In this document: positions 60,779-64,000 of the stretch, piece after piece
Layout of the letters: each line of letters begins with the position of its first letter
Numbering within the stretch: the first letter of the stretch is position 1
Origin: a virus
DNA: 64,000 bases
Direction: 5' to 3' (one strand)
IMG/VR virus record: IMGVR_UViG_3300045988_103544
Location: 18,803-82,802 of that record
The notes under the pieces: generated by a model
The model's database searches: none
What the model was told of the DNA's origin: nothing
What the model saw: the letters and a program-made list of their open reading frames with translations, nothing else
Program-made: the position numbers and the translations under genes

Positions 60779-61406
60779 GTATATCAATAATATTAGGTAT
60801 AATCTAAATAGGTAACTATATCTTAGGACTTAATTTAATAACATCATTTGCTATTATAGTATTCCTTTTAGCTACCTATTCTAAATAAGATCTATTTAAT
60901 TCCTAGTTCAACTTAGATGTGAAGTATGAACCTTGACTTGGTCGAACTCCTTTTTTAGCTAATTTTTTAGTAGTTTCTTTTTTCTACTAATTTAATACTA
61001 CGTCGACTTGTCTCTTCCGCATAGCATTAACTCTTGGAGAATGATGTTTAGGGTAATAACCAGGTTTGTGTACGCTAGATCTAAGAAAATTAGAACCTCC
61101 CTTAGCTAAAGCTGATGCAAATTTAGCTCCTAATATATCTGCCCCAGTTTCCAAAGTATTTCATACGGCATTTCCAAAATTACTTGGGGATTCTTTAAAA
61201 GTCTTGTACCATCCTCTACCAGCTTGATAACCATCTATAACTAAAGAAGGCAACTAACCTACTCCAGCAATAATTCCTCCTATAGGAGCACCTACAGCGG
61301 TAGTACTTATACCTGCACCTAGTCCTAAACTACCTAAAGATATAGCTGCCGCGGTAGGTTCCCATTTATCTACTTGACGATCCAATTCTTCAAAAATTTT
61401 AGGCAT
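60762..61406 (-). CDS. late protein L4, Gly-rich membrane-like segment; TAG-recoded, plus one in-frame TGA
   Basis: MPKIFEELDRQVDKWEPTAAAISLGSLGLGAGISTTAVGAPIGGIIAGVG(TAG)LPS...FGNAV(TGA)NTLETGADILGAKF...; ATG overlaps the TAA of the upstream gene (ATGCCTAA). Confidence 0.4.
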
Positions 61407-62201
61407 TTCTAAATTTATTTATATATTTTGCAACACTAGTACCATTGGCATCAGACCCTCCTGCAATACCATACTTATAATAATTTTTAGTCCATTTTGG
61501 ATTTAACCATGATGCTGCTATAGCTTCTCCAGTAGCTGCTATACCATTATTTCTTAAAAATCTTGCATTATCATCATATAATTGTGATGCGGCTAATACT
61601 TGTGCATCAGGACTATTTTTAAACTGTTCTCTAGATAAATTAGAATATTTATTTCTAGTACTATCTATAAACTAGAACCATCCAGCAGCAGAACTATTTT
61701 TAGACTAAGCTTTAGGATTAAATCCTGATTCTAGAGAAGCTATTTTCATTAAAGTAGTTTTCTTGTTTCCAGTGATACCATATTTATCTAAAGTTTGTTC
61801 TAGTATCTTTTTACTTTTACTAGGGTTAGACTAAGCTTTAGGATTAAATCCTGATTCTAGAGAAGCTATTTTCATTAAAGTAGTTTTCTTGTTTCCAGTG
61901 ATACCATATTTATCTAAAGTTTGTTCTAGTATCTTTTTACTTTTACTAGGGGTATTATGATTTAATTTAAGCTGAGTATATTTATATTGTACAGGTTCTT
62001 TAGCTTTATTAATAGAAAAATATCCATCTAAATTTAAACCATTAATATGAAAATCTCCAGTATTTAATTCAGGAATATACTAATATTGTTTAGGAGTAAA
62101 ATCTAAATCTAAACCTTTACTTTTTAGTACTTCTGTAGCAGGCTTATCAGGAATATCTAAAGCTTCATATTTAAAATATTCACTCATAATTTTATCAAAC
62201 C
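61399..62201 (-). CDS. Lytic transglycosylase (SLT domain) protein, TAG-recoded (5 in-frame TAG), with a 42-aa tandem duplication
   Basis: MSEYFKYEALDIP...KIASLESGFNPKA(TAG)S...SSAAGWF(TAG)FIDSTRNKY... TAG falls on the conserved Q of the SLT GLMQ motif. ES catalytic motif present. Confidence 0.6.
61702..61953. repeat. Perfect 126-bp tandem duplication (2 copies) inside the SLT gene
   Basis: AGACTAAGCTTTAGGATTAAATCCTGATTCTAGAGAAGC...TTACTTTTACTAGGG occurs twice back to back with period 126; duplicates 42 aa including the ES catalytic motif. Confidence 0.8.
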
Positions 62202-62429
62202 ATTATGTATTTTAGAATGACAATTTTTACAAACACAAACTGTTTGAGATAATTCTTTAATAAATAAATCTGTAGGTATATGACTTACAGCTTGTGATAT
62301 ATTAAATAATTTTTCTCCAGTATGATGAAATTCTAAACAACATTTAGCTGATTCACCACATATTATACATTGTGTTTTATGTTCATTTAAAATCTTTTTA
62401 TTTTCTTTATAATATTTATTCTTACGCAT
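62184..62429 (-). CDS. Small HNH endonuclease (81 aa), standard code, inserted between recoded late genes
   Basis: CIICGESAKCCLEFHHTGEK...CVCKNCHSKIH zinc-finger/HNH motif; no in-frame TAG; overlaps both flanking recoded genes. Confidence 0.6.
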   Translation of the reverse strand: MRKNKYYKENKKILNEHKTQCIICGESAKCCLEFHHTGEKLFNISQAVSHIPTDLFIKELSQTVCVCKNCHSKIHNGLIKL

Positions 62430-63186
62430 AACTAGAATAATTACCAGGCTAATTAAAATTAACTAAAGCTAATGGTCCTAATCCTTTAGTAGCTCTATAA
62501 TAATTAATTCTTTTCTTTACCCCAGGTCTTGTAAGTAATAAATCTTTTCTGTAACCATTATAGCCTTTTTCAGAGTTATACATGTACTTAGCATTTTTTT
62601 GTATTCCATCATAGTACTACTAAAAATTCTAGGCTTTAAGTGAGTCTGGATACATTCTACTATGCCAATTAATTAGATGGTCTGCAAAAGATTGTGCATT
62701 AGGATATTTTTTATCATCTCCAGTAGCGAATCCAGTCCAACCTTTTTCTGCAACCTTTTGGTTAGTTAAATCTAAAGCTGCCTGTGGGGTAACTCCTTTA
62801 TCTACTAAAGCTTGATATATCTAAGTCACATTATTATATTGACTCCTAGTTCCAGGCATCTTACCTGCTAACTACATTTTAAGAATAGTGCCTCCATTAG
62901 CATGTTTCCATTTAGCAGCATTTCTAGCAAAATTAGCTCGACGTTTTTGTAAAGGAGTAGCATTAGGATTATTTAATACAGATTTAGCATGCTCCTGTAC
63001 AGATTCTCCAGCTGCTTTAGCTGAGGCAGTAAACTTACCCTTATTTTTATCTTTTATATGAATAGTATCTTTTCTATCTTTTATCTATCCGCCTTTCTTT
63101 AGTTTATTTATAAAACTATACTGATTTTTAATCTTAAAATCCTAATAGGCAGAACAAATTCTTTCTTGTAATTCAGAATTAGTCAT
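62422..63186 (-). CDS. late protein L1 (~254 aa), TAG-recoded (6 in-frame TAG)
   Basis: ATG 63186 MTNSELQERICSAY(TAG)DFKIK...KGG(TAG)IKDRK...ILKM(TAG)LAGKMPG... ending TAA 62422. Confidence 0.5.
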
Positions 63187-63189
63187 AAT

Positions 63190-63332
63190 GTAATAAATAA
63201 GATTAAAATACTTTTGAATATAAATAACCTATATATATACTTAAATAGTACAAAATAATAATAACTTTACCTATTAAATATAGTAATAATGTTATTATAG
63301 ATAACATATATATAAATATTACTTATAGTAAT
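63190..63332. promoter_or_regulatory. AT-rich divergent intergenic region between minus- and plus-strand recoded late genes (probable bidirectional late promoters)
   Basis: ~140 nt of >85% AT between divergent ATGs at 63186 and 63333. Confidence 0.3.
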
Positions 63333-64000
63333 ATGAAAAAAATTGTAATGGTTATTTTAGATTATTTAAAAAAATTATGGAATTTTATTTCCAACTTAAC
63401 TTCAGAAACTAAAACTATAATTATTTTTGTATTATTAATATTTATACTAAATCCAATTCCTAGAAGTTATTATGAAGAAACTCTTTCTAGTGCTTTAAAA
63501 AAATAGAAAGAAGAATTACGTAAAAAAGAAGATAATGGATTTAAACAAGCTCCTTATATAGCTTAGTGTATTGATAATATAAAAATAAAAGATCCTGATT
63601 GTAGTAATGTTTTGCTATTAAGTTATCATAATACTAAGCATAGCTTACAGGGTTTTAGTTATATTTATTTAGATTGTATAAGAGAAAGTGTAAAATCATA
63701 TTCTGATGAATATGTCGGAGATTATTGGCAGACTTTATAGTATACTAATTACCAAGAAGAATTAAGTAAAATTGATGATACTGCTTATTTAAGAGTTGAT
63801 AGTCTTCCTCAAATTAAAAACACTTTCCCTAGATTATATAAAAAGTTAGAATAGAGTGGGGCATACTCAGCTGCTTTATATCCTATAGAAGGAGTTAGAA
63901 ATCCTATAGGAATAATAGTAGTTTTGTATAAATAGCCTAAACAATATGAGTTAGGTTATTATAATACAGTTATTTCTCCACAAATTCAACGATTATCTAC
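63333..64000 (+). CDS. plus-strand late membrane-anchored protein, TAG-recoded, partial (runs off window end)
   Basis: MKKIVMVILDYLKKLWNFISNLTSETKTIIIFVLLIFILNPIP...ALKK(TAG)KEELRKK... at least 7 in-frame TAG and no other stops to the window end. Confidence 0.45.

Noticed and set aside
1-64000. CRISPR arrays, integrase/att sites or transposase-type mobile elements
   Set aside because: No regularly spaced direct repeats and no integrase, recombinase or transposase-like ORFs seen; the only mobile-type genes are the three HNH homing endonucleases

Overview
This window is an AT-rich (~30% GC) stretch of a large tailed-phage genome; signal peptides ending in AQ/A suggest a Bacteroidetes-type host. 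From 1 to ~54 kb, standard-code genes are packed almost entirely on the minus strand. They include an anaerobic ribonucleotide reductase NrdD (partial), a metallophosphoesterase, a HAD nucleotidase, helicases, RNase H, a PRPP-synthetase-like gene next to a NAMPT–macro-domain fusion, a flotillin/SPFH protein, an AAA ATPase and many small hypothetical ORFs. Two tRNA clusters (26.4–27.9 kb and 42.6–46.6 kb) hold about 13 canonical tRNAs plus 6 non-canonical tRNA-like elements, and a tmRNA sits at 34.2–34.5 kb. Three HNH homing endonuclease genes lie at 44791-45498, 54798-55616 and 62184-62429. The key system is at 54748-55822 on the plus strand. There a tRNA gene is interrupted in its anticodon loop by a ~1.0 kb group-I-like intron that encodes an HNH endonuclease. 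Splicing at the predicted sites would give the anticodon loop CUCUAAA, i.e. a CUA (amber-suppressor) tRNA with the Gln-type U1-A72 pair. Immediately downstream, from 56.1 kb to the window end, is a late lysis/virion block on both strands in which TAG is used as a sense codon. Dozens of in-frame TAGs interrupt otherwise continuous reading frames, and TAG aligns with the conserved Gln of the lytic transglycosylase GLMQ motif and of the HNH ENLQ-LCxxCH motif. That is why the supplied six-frame track is empty there. A second HNH paralog, itself TAG-recoded, splits another tRNA gene in the tRNA cluster.
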